Translations under genes and position numbers: made by a program
In this document: one piece after another, positions 9,734 through 19,626 of the stretch
How positions within the stretch are numbered: the stretch's first letter is position 1
Layout: every line of letters begins with the position of its first letter
From: Dehalococcoidia bacterium UBA6627
GTDB taxonomy: Bacteria; Chloroflexota; Dehalococcoidia; UBA2979
Reading direction: 5' to 3'
DNA length: 64,000 nt
Assembly: GCA_002455955.1 (NCBI GenBank)
Contig: DKLZ01000075.1
Location: 9,837-73,836 of the forward strand
Notes under the pieces: model-generated
Databases searched by the model: none
What the model was told of the DNA's origin: nothing
Seen by the model: only the letters and a program-made list of their open reading frames with translations

Positions 9734-10519
9734 CTAATCGCGCTTCCTGCCCAGAGGCAAGAATGATGTATACCAGCCAACTGTGCTCTCCAGCTTTGCG
9801 GACTGGATCGCACCAGCCGGGTCGACATGCTTCGGACAAACTTCGCTGCACTCACCCACAAACGTGCAGTCCCATATGCCATCATCTGACCAAATCAGTG
9901 GATAGCGCTCTGCATTCCCCTCGTCTCGTGAGTCAGCGTTATAGCGTTGAGCAAGCGCAAGAGCAGCCGGTCCAACAAACTCCTCTTCGTGCTGGTAAAC
10001 AGGACAGGCGGAGTAACAGAGCATGCAGTTAATGCACATGCTGAATTGCTTAAAATCCGCAAGTTGTCCTGGAGATTGTTTGTATTCACCTTCCGATAAT
10101 GGAGTCTCTTCCTCACGGATTATCCATGGCTTGACCGCACTTAACTTCCCGATGAAGTCTTTGAGGTCGACAACTAAATCTCGTTCGACGGGGAAACCGG
10201 CGAGTGGTTCAACACGAACCGGACCAGGCAGGTAGTCACGAAGAAACGCAGCACACGTAAGCACAGGGACACCATTGACCATCATCCCGCAAGATCCGCA
10301 TACACCCATACGGCAAGACCAGCGATAAGTTAGCGAGCCATCGTCCTGATCTTTTATGTGATTAAGTGCATCGAGAACAACCCAATCCGAGCGATAAGGG
10401 ACCTCAAAGCGCTCGTACTGTGGCTCTTCATCGTGTTCTGGATGGTAGCGAGCTACATCGATCATAATCGTCTCTGGCATCGTTGCTGCTGTAGTCAATG
10501 AAACCTCCGGCATACCCAA
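9734..10519 (-). CDS. frdB: Fumarate reductase/succinate dehydrogenase iron-sulfur subunit
   Basis: 2Fe-2S motif [15 protein letters not shown]. 4Fe-4S/3Fe-4S motifs [12 protein letters not shown] and [13 protein letters not shown]. Confidence 0.9.
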   Translation of the reverse strand: MGMPEVSLTTAATMPETIMIDVARYHPEHDEEPQYERFEVPYRSDWVVLDALNHIKDQDDGSLTYRWSCRMGVCGSCGMMVNGVPVLTCAAFLRDYLPGPVRVEPLAGFPVERDLVVDLKDFIGKLSAVKPWIIREEETPLSEGEYKQSPGQLADFKQFSMCINCMLCYSACPVYQHEEEFVGPAALALAQRYNADSRDEGNAERYPLIWSDDGIWDCTFVGECSEVCPKHVDPAGAIQSAKLESTVGWYTSFLPLGRKRD

Positions 10520-10527
10520 ATCTAATA

Positions 10528-12297
10528 CTAGTGGTCACGTCCGTACACCCGTGCCTCGGGTGGCCATTTTGTAATTGCAACGTCTCGGTAGTTTATCTGG
10601 GGACCGCCTTCACTATGGACGGCTAGTGAATGCTTAAGGTACGCCTCGTCATCACGTTCTACGTAATCAGTGCGCTGATGTGATCCTCGTGATTCCTTCC
10701 GCTCGAGAGCAGAGTGCGCCACAGCTTCAGCTATCTCGATCATGAATTCGAGCTCAAGTGCTGAGGTTAACTCTGTGTTAAAACTCAGACTGTGATCATC
10801 AAGCTGTATCCCTGAACGAAAGCGAGCCTTGATCTCGGCCAGTTTCTCGGTAGTCGCTTTCATCGATACTTCATCTCTGTAAATTCCGCACCCTTGCTCC
10901 ATTGTCTCTTGTAACTCGGTTCGCAGTGTTGCTATCCGCTCTTTGCCATCATGATTGTTGATGTACTGGTCTGCGATACGTTCTTGCTCAGCCGAAGCCT
11001 GTTGCTCGAGGGCCGCTGAATCAAATTCAGGATGCTCCCGTGCCCAAATGGAAGCATTTCGACCGGCACGAGCGCCAAAAACTAGAAGTTCGGTAAGTGA
11101 GTTCGAGCCAAGGCGGTTCGCCCCATTAAGCGAAACACAAGCACATTCTCCAGCTGCGTATAGACCGGGTAGTTTAGTGGCAGCGTCTATGTCCGTATCG
11201 ATACCACCCATCATGTAGTGAACGACGGGGCGCACCTTAATAGGTTCGTAAACCGGATCTACCCCACCATAATTTTTCGCCAATTCGCGTACAAATGGAA
11301 TCTTCGCTTCGATTTTTTTCTCACCCAGATGTTGCACATCAAGGTGCACGTAACTACCTTCTGAATCTCGGAATACATTGCCTTTCTGCTCTTCCTTCAT
11401 AAATGCTTGCGACAGTCGATCACGCGGGCCAAGTTCCATAGCACGGAGTTGCGGATGGCGTTCGTCGTTAACATCCAAGGCTTCACCGAGATCGTGCGCT
11501 TGTAAGTATCGCTCACCTTTGTTGTTTAGGAGTACACCACCCTCACCACGTGCTGCCTCAGTGATAAGAATGCCGGTACCTGGAAGTCCTGTTGGATGGT
11601 ATTGAACAAATTCCATGTCTTTAAGAGGTACACCTGCCATGTATGCCATTCCCATACCGTCACCAGTCTTGATCGCGGCATTGGTAGTGAATTGGAAGAT
11701 GCGACCACCGCCGCCAGTACAGACGATCACCGCACGTGCACGAATCGCACGCACTTGCCCGCTAAGTAACTCGATTGCCACAACACCCTGACATCGTCCA
11801 TTTTCTACAAGCAACCGGGTCACAAACCATTCGTCATAGCGCTTAATAGCGGTGTATTTAAGTGAAGTTTGGAAAAGTGTATGTAGCATATGGAAGCCAG
11901 TCTTATCGGCGGCAAACCAAGTGCGTTCGATGCTCATGCCACCGAAAGGCCTGACCGCAACACTGCCGTCAGATTCTCGGCTCCAAGGACAACCCCAGCG
12001 TTCAATCTGAACCATCTCATCTGGCGCTTCGCGCACGAATGCCTCTACGACATCCTGATCGGCCAACCAATCCGACCCTGAAATCGTGTCGCGGAAATGA
12101 TCCTCAAGCGAGTCGTTCGATTTGATGACTGCAGCAGCACCACCCTCAGCTGAGACGGTGTGACTCCTCATCGGATATACCTTCGAAACCATCGCAATAT
12201 CAATATCAGGAGATTCTTCCGCTGCCGCAATCGCGGCTCGCAGACCAGCACCACCGCCACCGACGATTAAGATGTCGTGCTCTAGTGTGTCTACCAC
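10528..12297 (-). CDS. frdA: Fumarate reductase/succinate dehydrogenase flavoprotein subunit
   Basis: [18 protein letters not shown] dinucleotide fold, covalent-FAD His in [21 protein letters not shown]. Confidence 0.9.
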   Translation of the reverse strand: MVDTLEHDILIVGGGGAGLRAAIAAAEESPDIDIAMVSKVYPMRSHTVSAEGGAAAVIKSNDSLEDHFRDTISGSDWLADQDVVEAFVREAPDEMVQIERWGCPWSRESDGSVAVRPFGGMSIERTWFAADKTGFHMLHTLFQTSLKYTAIKRYDEWFVTRLLVENGRCQGVVAIELLSGQVRAIRARAVIVCTGGGGRIFQFTTNAAIKTGDGMGMAYMAGVPLKDMEFVQYHPTGLPGTGILITEAARGEGGVLLNNKGERYLQAHDLGEALDVNDERHPQLRAMELGPRDRLSQAFMKEEQKGNVFRDSEGSYVHLDVQHLGEKKIEAKIPFVRELAKNYGGVDPVYEPIKVRPVVHYMMGGIDTDIDAATKLPGLYAAGECACVSLNGANRLGSNSLTELLVFGARAGRNASIWAREHPEFDSAALEQQASAEQERIADQYINNHDGKERIATLRTELQETMEQGCGIYRDEVSMKATTEKLAEIKARFRSGIQLDDHSLSFNTELTSALELEFMIEIAEAVAHSALERKESRGSHQRTDYVERDDEAYLKHSLAVHSEGGPQINYRDVAITKWPPEARVYGRDH

Positions 12298-12496
12298 ACG
12301 TCACTCCTTTCGGTGATCCGGTCTGATCGTTCTCAAAGCAATCGGCGGGCCATCGAACTAACGGTTGATATCACATTCACCCTAAACTCGATCGGCAAAG
12401 TAGCTTCCAATCAACCGCTATGCAATGACTAATATATCGAATAGCTGTTTACAGGCTGAAGATGGTACCCGCAACATTTTATCAATCGTTGAAAAG

Positions 12497-12811
12497 CTAA
12501 CTTAGAAACGAGTTTGTTACCGATTCCGATACCTTTGCTCCGACTTCGAGCACCTCCTCGATCTGACGTCGAACGCTTGAAGCAAGATCTCCCTCACTTC
12601 CATCAACGCAACTCGGGCAATCCGGTTCAGATGGAGCTCCAGTATCATGCAATCTCGTTCGCGTCGGGCCGCTGAGATGAATACCACAAACAGTCGCAGC
12701 ACTGTCGATCTCGAATACTCGATCTTCGCCATCAACCTCTACGGCGTTAACTAGGTCCACCCAATGCCAGTCACCAGCAAAGTCTTCTAGCATTTTGGCT
12801 ACTATCCGCAT
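12497..12811 (-). CDS. Hypothetical protein (104 aa)
   Basis: ORF only, no recognisable motif. The alternative overlapping frame looks like a shadow. Confidence 0.4.
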   Translation of the reverse strand: MRIVAKMLEDFAGDWHWVDLVNAVEVDGEDRVFEIDSAATVCGIHLSGPTRTRLHDTGAPSEPDCPSCVDGSEGDLASSVRRQIEEVLEVGAKVSESVTNSFLS

Positions 12812-12905
12812 AGAACCTCCGACTGCAAAACAAAGATGATCGAGTTAAAGTTCGAAACCGGCTATCGTCCATGACAATCAACCTTGTATCACCGGAGGTC
12901 CTACT

Positions 12906-13673
12906 ATGCCTATTGTAAATTTCTCTCTCGAAGGAAAAGTTGCGATCGTAACGGGAGGTAGTCGAGGCATCGGCCGTTCGATAGCAATCGGTCTCGCTGA
13001 GGCTGGTGCGGATGTTTCGATTGCCGCACGGAAGGCCGAATCATTGGAGGAGGCCGTCAGCGCTGTAGAGGCAACAGGTCGCCGAGGAATCGGTGTACCA
13101 ACCAATGTCCGAGAAATCGATTCATTGAAGACTCTCGTCGATCGCACGAAAGAAGAGCTTGGCCGCGTTGACATCCTCGTCAACAACGCTGCAACCAACC
13201 CAGTTTTCGGACCTGTAGATAACGTGGATGAACGCGCCTGGGACGTCATAATGAACACCAACGTAAAGTCAGCGTTCTTCCTTGCTAAGGCGTCTCGCGA
13301 GGTAATGAAGGAACAGGGGACAGGCGGCACTGTTATAAACGTCAGCTCGGTTGGTGGTGTGCGCGCTTCCGCTCAACTGCCTGTCTATTCCGTCTCAAAG
13401 GCGGCATTAATTATGATGACGCAAGTACTCGCAACTCAGTGGGGCGAAGACAATATCCGGGTCAATTGCATCGCTCCCGGTCTCATCAAAACTGACTTCT
13501 CTAGAGCACTTTGGGACACCGGTGATGCCTCCGGTTCAGAATCCAACAATGTCGCTTTAGGACGTATCGGTATGCCAGACGAAATGGCAGGCGCTGTTGT
13601 TTATCTCGCCAGTGATGCTGCTTCGTTCGTTACGGGACAAACATTAGTCCTTGATGGTGGAGGAGTCCTTTAA
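12906..13673 (+). CDS. Short-chain dehydrogenase/reductase (classical SDR, FabG-like)
   Basis: TGGSRGIGRSIA, NNAA, YSVSKAAL. Confidence 0.9.
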   Translation: MPIVNFSLEGKVAIVTGGSRGIGRSIAIGLAEAGADVSIAARKAESLEEAVSAVEATGRRGIGVPTNVREIDSLKTLVDRTKEELGRVDILVNNAATNPVFGPVDNVDERAWDVIMNTNVKSAFFLAKASREVMKEQGTGGTVINVSSVGGVRASAQLPVYSVSKAALIMMTQVLATQWGEDNIRVNCIAPGLIKTDFSRALWDTGDASGSESNNVALGRIGMPDEMAGAVVYLASDAASFVTGQTLVLDGGGVL

Positions 13674-13835
13674 ACAAGTCGGAGCCATTTTTTAAAGAAA
13701 AACAGTTCATACTCTCCCCGTGTCGCGCTTTGGAGCACGTAAGATACGGGGAATAGTCTAATCAACGACTGACACTCAATCGCGCCTTCGTTTAGACTGC
13801 GCTGGATTGATTTAAGGGAAGGACGGCAGTGCACC

Positions 13836-14702
13836 GTGCAAACAGTCACGTACCAACGAGCCTCGACTGTCAATGAAGCGATCGCTCTGCTGAGCGATGG
13901 AGGTGAAAACGCCCGAGTGCTTGCGGGTGGAACAGACATCATCGTTCAAGCTCGCGAGCGTGCTCGAACAGTTGACAGCTTCGTTGACATCAAGCACATA
14001 CCCGAACTGATGACATTTAACTACAACACATCTGACGGACTGTCAGTCGGAGCTGCGACACCTGTCTACTTGCTCTACAACGACAATGATATTCAGACTC
14101 ATTACCCTGCTCTCGTCGAAGCGATCACAGTGATAGGCGGCACCGCGATACAGGGCCGTGCAAGCCTTGGTGGCAACCTGTGCAACTCATCTCCAGCAGG
14201 AGACTCGTTGACCTCGATGATGGCACTCGGCGCTATCGCGAACATTGCTGGACCAAATGGTGAGCGCGATGTTGCGGTATCAGAGTTTTTCACTGGCCCT
14301 GGGAGAAACATCCTTGATCTTGGTGAGTTCGTGGTCGCGATCAGTTTTGCGACACCGCCTGCGAACAGTGGAGCTGCCTGGCAACGTTTTATACCGCGTA
14401 ACGAAATGGATATCGCCGTCGTCAACTGTGGCTCCTACGTGCAACTTGATGGAGAGATAGTTACCGACGCTCGCATAGCCTTAGGTGCCGTTGCCGCAAC
14501 GCCAATCATGGTCCCAGCAGCGGCTGAGGCGCTGATCGGCCGCCAGATTACGGACGAGACAATCTCAGCCGCTGCCGAAGCATCGTACGAGGCAGCGACA
14601 CCAATAGCCGACATGCGAGGATCTGTTAAACAACGAAAACATCTATCCAAGGTACTCACTCAACGAACTCTCGATATCGCAGTTGAACGGGCGCGCGGAT
14701 AA
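13836..14702 (+). CDS. Xanthine dehydrogenase family FAD-binding (medium) subunit, CoxM/CutM-like
   Basis: LAGGTDI FAD motif. Length about 288 aa. Precedes the 2Fe-2S and Mo subunits. Confidence 0.85.
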   Translation: MQTVTYQRASTVNEAIALLSDGGENARVLAGGTDIIVQARERARTVDSFVDIKHIPELMTFNYNTSDGLSVGAATPVYLLYNDNDIQTHYPALVEAITVIGGTAIQGRASLGGNLCNSSPAGDSLTSMMALGAIANIAGPNGERDVAVSEFFTGPGRNILDLGEFVVAISFATPPANSGAAWQRFIPRNEMDIAVVNCGSYVQLDGEIVTDARIALGAVAATPIMVPAAAEALIGRQITDETISAAAEASYEAATPIADMRGSVKQRKHLSKVLTQRTLDIAVERARG

Positions 14703-14771
14703 CAGAACGTATAAGTCCAAGAAATAAACTTCATGACTCTTCGGAGTCGCTAATCCAAAGCGAGGCGTACG

Positions 14772-15245
14772 ATGGCACGATTCGTACTGAAAACAAACAT
14801 CAACGGTGAAGAGCGTGAGTTCCTTGCCGACGAAAGAGATAGCTTGTTAGACGCACTCCGTGAACGCGCAGGCCTAATGGGTGCCAAGGAAGGCTGCAAC
14901 AACGGTAACTGTGGAGCGTGTGCCGTGGTCCTCGATGGCCGTCTAGTCAATTCGTGTTGCGTCATGGCAGCCGAAGTTGACAACTCGGAAATCACGACAA
15001 TTGAAGGCCTCGCCGAACCTGATTCACTGCATCCACTACAAGAAACCTTCTTGGAAAACGCTGCGCTGCAATGTGGTATCTGTACACCAGGCTTCTTAAT
15101 GTCGGCTAAAGCTCTGCTCGATTCGAATCCAAACCCAACTGAGCATGAGATACGCTGGTGGTTAGCCGGTAACCTATGCCGCTGCACTGGATATGACAAA
15201 ATTATTCGAGCCGTTCAGGACGCCGCCGAACGTATCAACTCATAG
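14772..15245 (+). CDS. Xanthine dehydrogenase family (2Fe-2S)-binding small subunit, CoxS-like
   Basis: CNNGNCGACAV, QCGICTPG, NLCRCTGY. Confidence 0.9.
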   Translation: MARFVLKTNINGEEREFLADERDSLLDALRERAGLMGAKEGCNNGNCGACAVVLDGRLVNSCCVMAAEVDNSEITTIEGLAEPDSLHPLQETFLENAALQCGICTPGFLMSAKALLDSNPNPTEHEIRWWLAGNLCRCTGYDKIIRAVQDAAERINS

Positions 15246-15291
15246 CTAAGTCGAATCAGAGCCCACAACGAACCTAGCGAAGGGGATTACC

Positions 15292-17601
15292 TTGGTCACC
15301 ACCAAAAAAAATGCCGACGCCATCGGAACAAACGGCTATCGGCTCATCGGTACGCGCCCAATCAGACCAGATGGCACAGACAAGGTGACTGGTCGAGCCG
15401 CCTACGCGGCTGACACGCAAATGGAGGGATTGCTTTTCGCACGACTCCTACGTAGTCCGCATGGGCACGCTAAAATTAAGTCAATCGACGCCTCGCAAGC
15501 ACTAGCACTCGATGGTGTAGAAGCAGTCCTCACTGCTGCCGATTTTCCCGGAATCGAAATGAGCGGCAATGATCGAAACGGTCGTCCTGCCGACAACCAA
15601 TGGCTTCAGGACAATATTCTTGCATCGGACAAGGTCCTCTATCACGGGCATGCTGTAGCCGCGGTCGCAGCAAAGGATCCACACATCGCTGAGGACGCAC
15701 TCACGTTGATTAATGTGGATTACGAGGTGTTAACACCTGTCACTGACGTCCGCGAAGCGATGCTGGATGACGCACCGATTCTCCATCCCGGAATGCGTAC
15801 TAACGTTCAAGCGTCCGACGTCGAGACCGATACCGAACGGGAAACGAATATTGCGATGCACATGCGCTTAGAACGAGGCGATATTAAGTCGGGATTCGAT
15901 AGCGCTGACGTGGTGATCGAACGAGAATTCGAGACCAGCTGGTATCACCAAGGTTACATCGAACCACACAGTGCCACGGCATTTTGGAACCGTGACGGAA
16001 AACTGACAATCTGGAACAGTAGTCAGGGACCGTTTGTAGTTCGCGATGCGACAGCGAAACTACTAGATATTCCGATCGCCGACATTACATTAATTCCTCA
16101 GGAGATCGGTGGCGGTTTCGGCGGCAAGATCCCAATGTATCTGGAACCCATCTCAGCTTTACTTTCGAGAAAAACCGGAAAACCTGTCCGAATTACTATG
16201 ACCCGAGAAGCAGTCTTCCAGGCTACCGGTCCGACTTCGGCTACCTATAACCGCATCAAAATCGGAGCGATGCGTGACGGAACAATTGTCGCCGCTGATG
16301 CATACCTAGCTTACGCTGCAGGTGCCTATCCCGGCTCACCCGTTGGTGCAGGCGTTCAGTGTGCTTTCGGACCCTATTACATTGAAAATCAGCGTATCGA
16401 CGGTTACGACGTAGTTACCAACGGACCAAAGAGTGCTGCTTACCGTGCACCGGGCGCCCCGGCATCTGAATTCGCAGTCGAGGCGACTATCAACGAGCTC
16501 TCTGAAAGTCTGGGTATCGATTCAGTTGAACTGCGTCTGAAGAATGCAATCAAAGAAGGCAATCCAAATGCAGCAGGTGTACCAATGCCGCGCATTGGTG
16601 CCGAAGAGGTGATGGAGGCGGTTAAGAACCATCCGCACTACACCTCAGAACTGCAAGGTGATGACGTCGGTCGCGGCGTAGGCTTTGGCTTCTGGCATAA
16701 CGCTGGCCTCGAATCAGGATCGACCGCAACTATCAACAGTGATGGTAGCGTCAGCCTGATTGTCGGATCAGTAGATATCGGTGGTACACGTGCCTCACTG
16801 GCAATGCAGCTTGCCGAAACTATGGGACTTTCGTACGAGGATATAAAACCGCGCGTAGCTGATACTGATTCAGTTCCGTTCACACACGTAACCGGCGGCA
16901 GCAGAACCACGTTTGCTGGTGGCTGGGTCGCCTACGAACTTGGCATCGAATTGCGCGAAAAGATGCGGGAACGAGCCGCCAATATCTGGGAAGTTGATCT
17001 CGACGAAGTCGAGTACAGTGACGACGCAACTATTACTTCGAAACCAGACAACGAAGGTAACGAACGTGAATTCACATTCGTTGGTCTTGCCAGCAAGATG
17101 GCTTCAACTGGCGGTCAAATCTCAGCAACAGTCAGCCTCAACAAGACTTCGCAAGGAGCCGCCTACGGTGGACACATTGTGGACGTCCACGTCGATCGTG
17201 ACACGGGTAAGGTTGAGATTCTGCGCTATACCGCTGTCCAAGATGTCGGTACGGCAATCCACCCCTCCTATGTCGAAGGTCAGATTCAGGGTGGGGTCGC
17301 TCAAGGTGCTGGTATGGCTCTTACTGAGGAATATTTCTACGACGATGAGGGACTTCTCAAGAACGCGAGCTTCCTGGACTATCGGATGCCAACCACTCTC
17401 GATCTACCTATGATCGAAACCGAAATTGTAGAAGTTCCGAATCCCGGGCACCCTTTCGGTGTTCGCGGGGTTGGCGAGGTTCCGATCGTGCCACCTATGC
17501 CAACTATTCAACAGGCGGTCTACGATGCAATCGGGATTCGTCTCTACGACATGCCTATGTCACCACGCGTAGTTTTGGAAGAGCTATTAAACGAGGGTTA
17601 G
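15292..17601 (+). CDS. Xanthine dehydrogenase/aldehyde oxidase family molybdopterin-binding large subunit
   Basis: EIGGGFGGK, AAYRAPGAP loop, VRGVGEVP C-terminal Glu motif. TTG start preceded by GAAGGGG. Confidence 0.9.
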   Translation: MVTTKKNADAIGTNGYRLIGTRPIRPDGTDKVTGRAAYAADTQMEGLLFARLLRSPHGHAKIKSIDASQALALDGVEAVLTAADFPGIEMSGNDRNGRPADNQWLQDNILASDKVLYHGHAVAAVAAKDPHIAEDALTLINVDYEVLTPVTDVREAMLDDAPILHPGMRTNVQASDVETDTERETNIAMHMRLERGDIKSGFDSADVVIEREFETSWYHQGYIEPHSATAFWNRDGKLTIWNSSQGPFVVRDATAKLLDIPIADITLIPQEIGGGFGGKIPMYLEPISALLSRKTGKPVRITMTREAVFQATGPTSATYNRIKIGAMRDGTIVAADAYLAYAAGAYPGSPVGAGVQCAFGPYYIENQRIDGYDVVTNGPKSAAYRAPGAPASEFAVEATINELSESLGIDSVELRLKNAIKEGNPNAAGVPMPRIGAEEVMEAVKNHPHYTSELQGDDVGRGVGFGFWHNAGLESGSTATINSDGSVSLIVGSVDIGGTRASLAMQLAETMGLSYEDIKPRVADTDSVPFTHVTGGSRTTFAGGWVAYELGIELREKMRERAANIWEVDLDEVEYSDDATITSKPDNEGNEREFTFVGLASKMASTGGQISATVSLNKTSQGAAYGGHIVDVHVDRDTGKVEILRYTAVQDVGTAIHPSYVEGQIQGGVAQGAGMALTEEYFYDDEGLLKNASFLDYRMPTTLDLPMIETEIVEVPNPGHPFGVRGVGEVPIVPPMPTIQQAVYDAIGIRLYDMPMSPRVVLEELLNEG

Positions 17602-17790
17602 TTGCGTTCCTGTCTTTAGAAGTTGCGCGATAGTGAGCCACGGAAGGCACGCCTCTGATCTCAAAAGAAGTAAGCCTGACTCTGGCTAACATCACTACTA
17701 AAAGAAATATCAGTGAGAATCACTATCTTATTTTTGACATGTCTCTCAAACATCAGCATGTCACTCACTAACAGCGAATAAAAGACAAAG

Positions 17791-18057
17791 ATGGCCACCG
17801 TTCACATTCCAAGGCACATGCAGAATGCTGCTGACGGTCACGCCTCCGTCGAGGTGCCAGGAGGTCAACTTTCTAGCGTTATAGAAGCTCTCCTTCAAGA
17901 ACATCCTTCCCTTCGTAGCATGCTAATGGTCGAAGGTAGCATCCGATCTGATATCTCAATTGCAATCAACAGTGCAATGACTGATAACGGCCTGCTCGAG
18001 CAGGTGCCCGAAGACGCCGAAGTCCATCTCGTACCGGCACTCGGTGGTGGCGCTTGA
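17791..18057 (+). CDS. MoaD/ThiS-family ubiquitin-like small sulfur-carrier-like protein
   Basis: 88 aa. Beta-grasp-like pattern with C-terminal ...HLVPALGGGA (Gly-Gly followed by Gly-Ala). Confidence 0.6.
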   Translation: MATVHIPRHMQNAADGHASVEVPGGQLSSVIEALLQEHPSLRSMLMVEGSIRSDISIAINSAMTDNGLLEQVPEDAEVHLVPALGGGA

Positions 18058-18378
18058 TATAACCTTGACCATCGATCGGGAGTCCCGCAAGCAATCCGCG
18101 CTGAAACACCATAACAACTAGCCTTCAAACTTTACGAAATTCCACAAGGCATAAGACTATCGGAATATCGAAACGGATCAGTTAAATGCGATCGCCGATC
18201 AGATAATTCGACATCCAGTTGTCGAAAAACGACCTTAGCTTCTTCGAACTTGTTCAATCGCTGTGCTCTGCGCTAAGAAACTGATTGCACTCTAGAGATT
18301 CAGCGCTGTATGCTTTCGCGCATCACGGCATTTTGAGAACATTAGAACTGCGAAGGTGATCACTCACATTCCTAGTAT

Positions 18379-18780
18379 ATGGCTCCTAAACCGAGGAGTA
18401 GCAAGGACGAACAAATGAACGCGCGCCACGCCCCCCCTTCGGGAGAGCGGTCATCCAGACGGCGCTTCCTTGCAATGGACCTCGCCGGTGCTGATCTTGC
18501 GACGGTCAGTGAAGTTCTCACTGCACTCTTAACACAAACAACACTTGGGCCTGAAGACCGCGTCCAACTTTTGGGAAATGCTTTGGTCATGGAAGCACTA
18601 AACCCCTTCTGGGTGGACGGACGTAGCCCCGGAGAGGCGCATCGTATGCTCCGCACTGCAGATCCTGAACTCGCGGAAGCTGTCGAAGCGCTCGCCCCGA
18701 TGTTGCTTGGCCGTGCTGAAGCTCGTGACGACGCCCAAAATGCTGTAGCAGAAATCGAAGAACTACTCGGGACGGCGTAA
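18379..18780 (+). CDS. Hypothetical protein (133 aa, helical, Ala/Leu/Glu rich)
   Basis: Plausible composition on the + strand. The overlapping minus ORF is Ser/Ala/Arg-rich shadow. The 3' end overlaps folP convergently by 18 nt. Confidence 0.5.
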   Translation: MAPKPRSSKDEQMNARHAPPSGERSSRRRFLAMDLAGADLATVSEVLTALLTQTTLGPEDRVQLLGNALVMEALNPFWVDGRSPGEAHRMLRTADPELAEAVEALAPMLLGRAEARDDAQNAVAEIEELLGTA

Positions 18781-19623
18781 TTTATTTCCCAGATGCATAC
18801 GCAAGCCATTGACAAGACTCAGCGCCTTAGTAACTGAAGCCACATCATGTACCCGGACCACATGCACCCCGGCGTAAGCCGCTAACACGTTAAACGCAAG
18901 AGTCGCCTCAAGAAGCCCTTCGACATCCTGCCTTCTCTGATGCCCCAGCAATTCCGCAAGAAAACCTTTCCTTGATGCTGAGATCAGCACCGGACGACCT
19001 ATTGCAATCAAACTACCTAGACTTGAGAAAAGTGAAACATTGTCTGACATTGCCTTGCCGAACTGGAAGCCTGGATCAAACCAGACCTGTCCGGCATTCA
19101 CTGCTTCTAGTGCTGTTGCGCGCTCAACCAGAAATGACTGCACTTCGTTCGTAACATCATCATAGAATTGATCAACTTCGTAGTGCCGAGTCGGTTCACC
19201 TCTCATATGCATCACAGCACAGGAAATTCCAGCTGCACCTGCCACCTTAATCATCTCTGGATCGCTAAAACCACTAACGTCATTTAAGAGATGCACTCCA
19301 GCTTCCACAGCAGCGCGAGCGACCAACGGATTCCACGTATCAACCGATGTTGGGATACCCTCCCGAACGATCGATTCGATCGCGGGACAAACACGATCAA
19401 TCTCTTCTTGCGTATCGAGCGCTCGACTTCCGGATGATGTAGAAACTGCTCCCACATCAACAATCTCCGCTCCTTCGCGTGTTAGTTCGACAGCTCGATC
19501 AATCGCACTACCGGTCATGACAATCGATTCCCTTATAGGTGAATCGTCGGACACGTTGAGAATTCCCATGACCGCAGTCCGGTTCGTACAGTCGATCGTA
19601 TGTTCACCCAATATCAGTTTCAT
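18763..19623 (-). CDS. folP: Dihydropteroate synthase
   Basis: GILNVSDDS, DVGAVSTSSG, LLNDVSG, VHDV pterin-binding barrel motifs. Confidence 0.85.
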   Translation of the reverse strand: MKLILGEHTIDCTNRTAVMGILNVSDDSPIRESIVMTGSAIDRAVELTREGAEIVDVGAVSTSSGSRALDTQEEIDRVCPAIESIVREGIPTSVDTWNPLVARAAVEAGVHLLNDVSGFSDPEMIKVAGAAGISCAVMHMRGEPTRHYEVDQFYDDVTNEVQSFLVERATALEAVNAGQVWFDPGFQFGKAMSDNVSLFSSLGSLIAIGRPVLISASRKGFLAELLGHQRRQDVEGLLEATLAFNVLAAYAGVHVVRVHDVASVTKALSLVNGLRMHLGNKLRRPE

Positions 19624-19626
19624 CGA

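Noticed and set aside
9724-9885. N-terminal 54-codon extension of the frdC ORF in the track
   Set aside because: It overlaps the 3' end of frdB. The FrdC homology begins at the internal Met (9723), 10 nt after the frdB stop.
12878-15199. Several 100-150 aa antisense ORFs (12878-13330, 14102-14425, 14750-15199)
   Set aside because: All lie opposite well-supported SDR and XDH-family genes and have Ser/Arg/Ala/Pro-rich shadow composition.
13836-17601. Aerobic CO dehydrogenase (coxMSL) call suggested by gene order
   Set aside because: The large-subunit loop is AAYRAPGAP, not AYxCSFR (form I) or AYRGAGR (form II), and no cox accessory genes follow. Kept as a generic XDH-family enzyme.
17602-17790. 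Possible Moco riboswitch upstream of the MoaD-like gene
   Set aside because: I could not recognise the conserved Moco-motif elements by eye. Only short 4-6 bp inverted repeats are present. A cmsearch would be needed to exclude it formally.
18379-18780. Twin-arginine (Tat) signal-like SRRRFLAM near the N-terminus
   Set aside because: The segment after the RR motif (DLAGADLATVSE) contains several acidic residues. It lacks a hydrophobic h-region and an AxA cleavage site.
18372-18815. 147-aa minus-strand ORF overlapping the 18379-18780 plus-strand ORF
   Set aside because: Its Ser/Ala/Arg-rich, low-complexity translation is typical of an antisense shadow of a GC-rich gene. The plus-strand product has normal helical composition.
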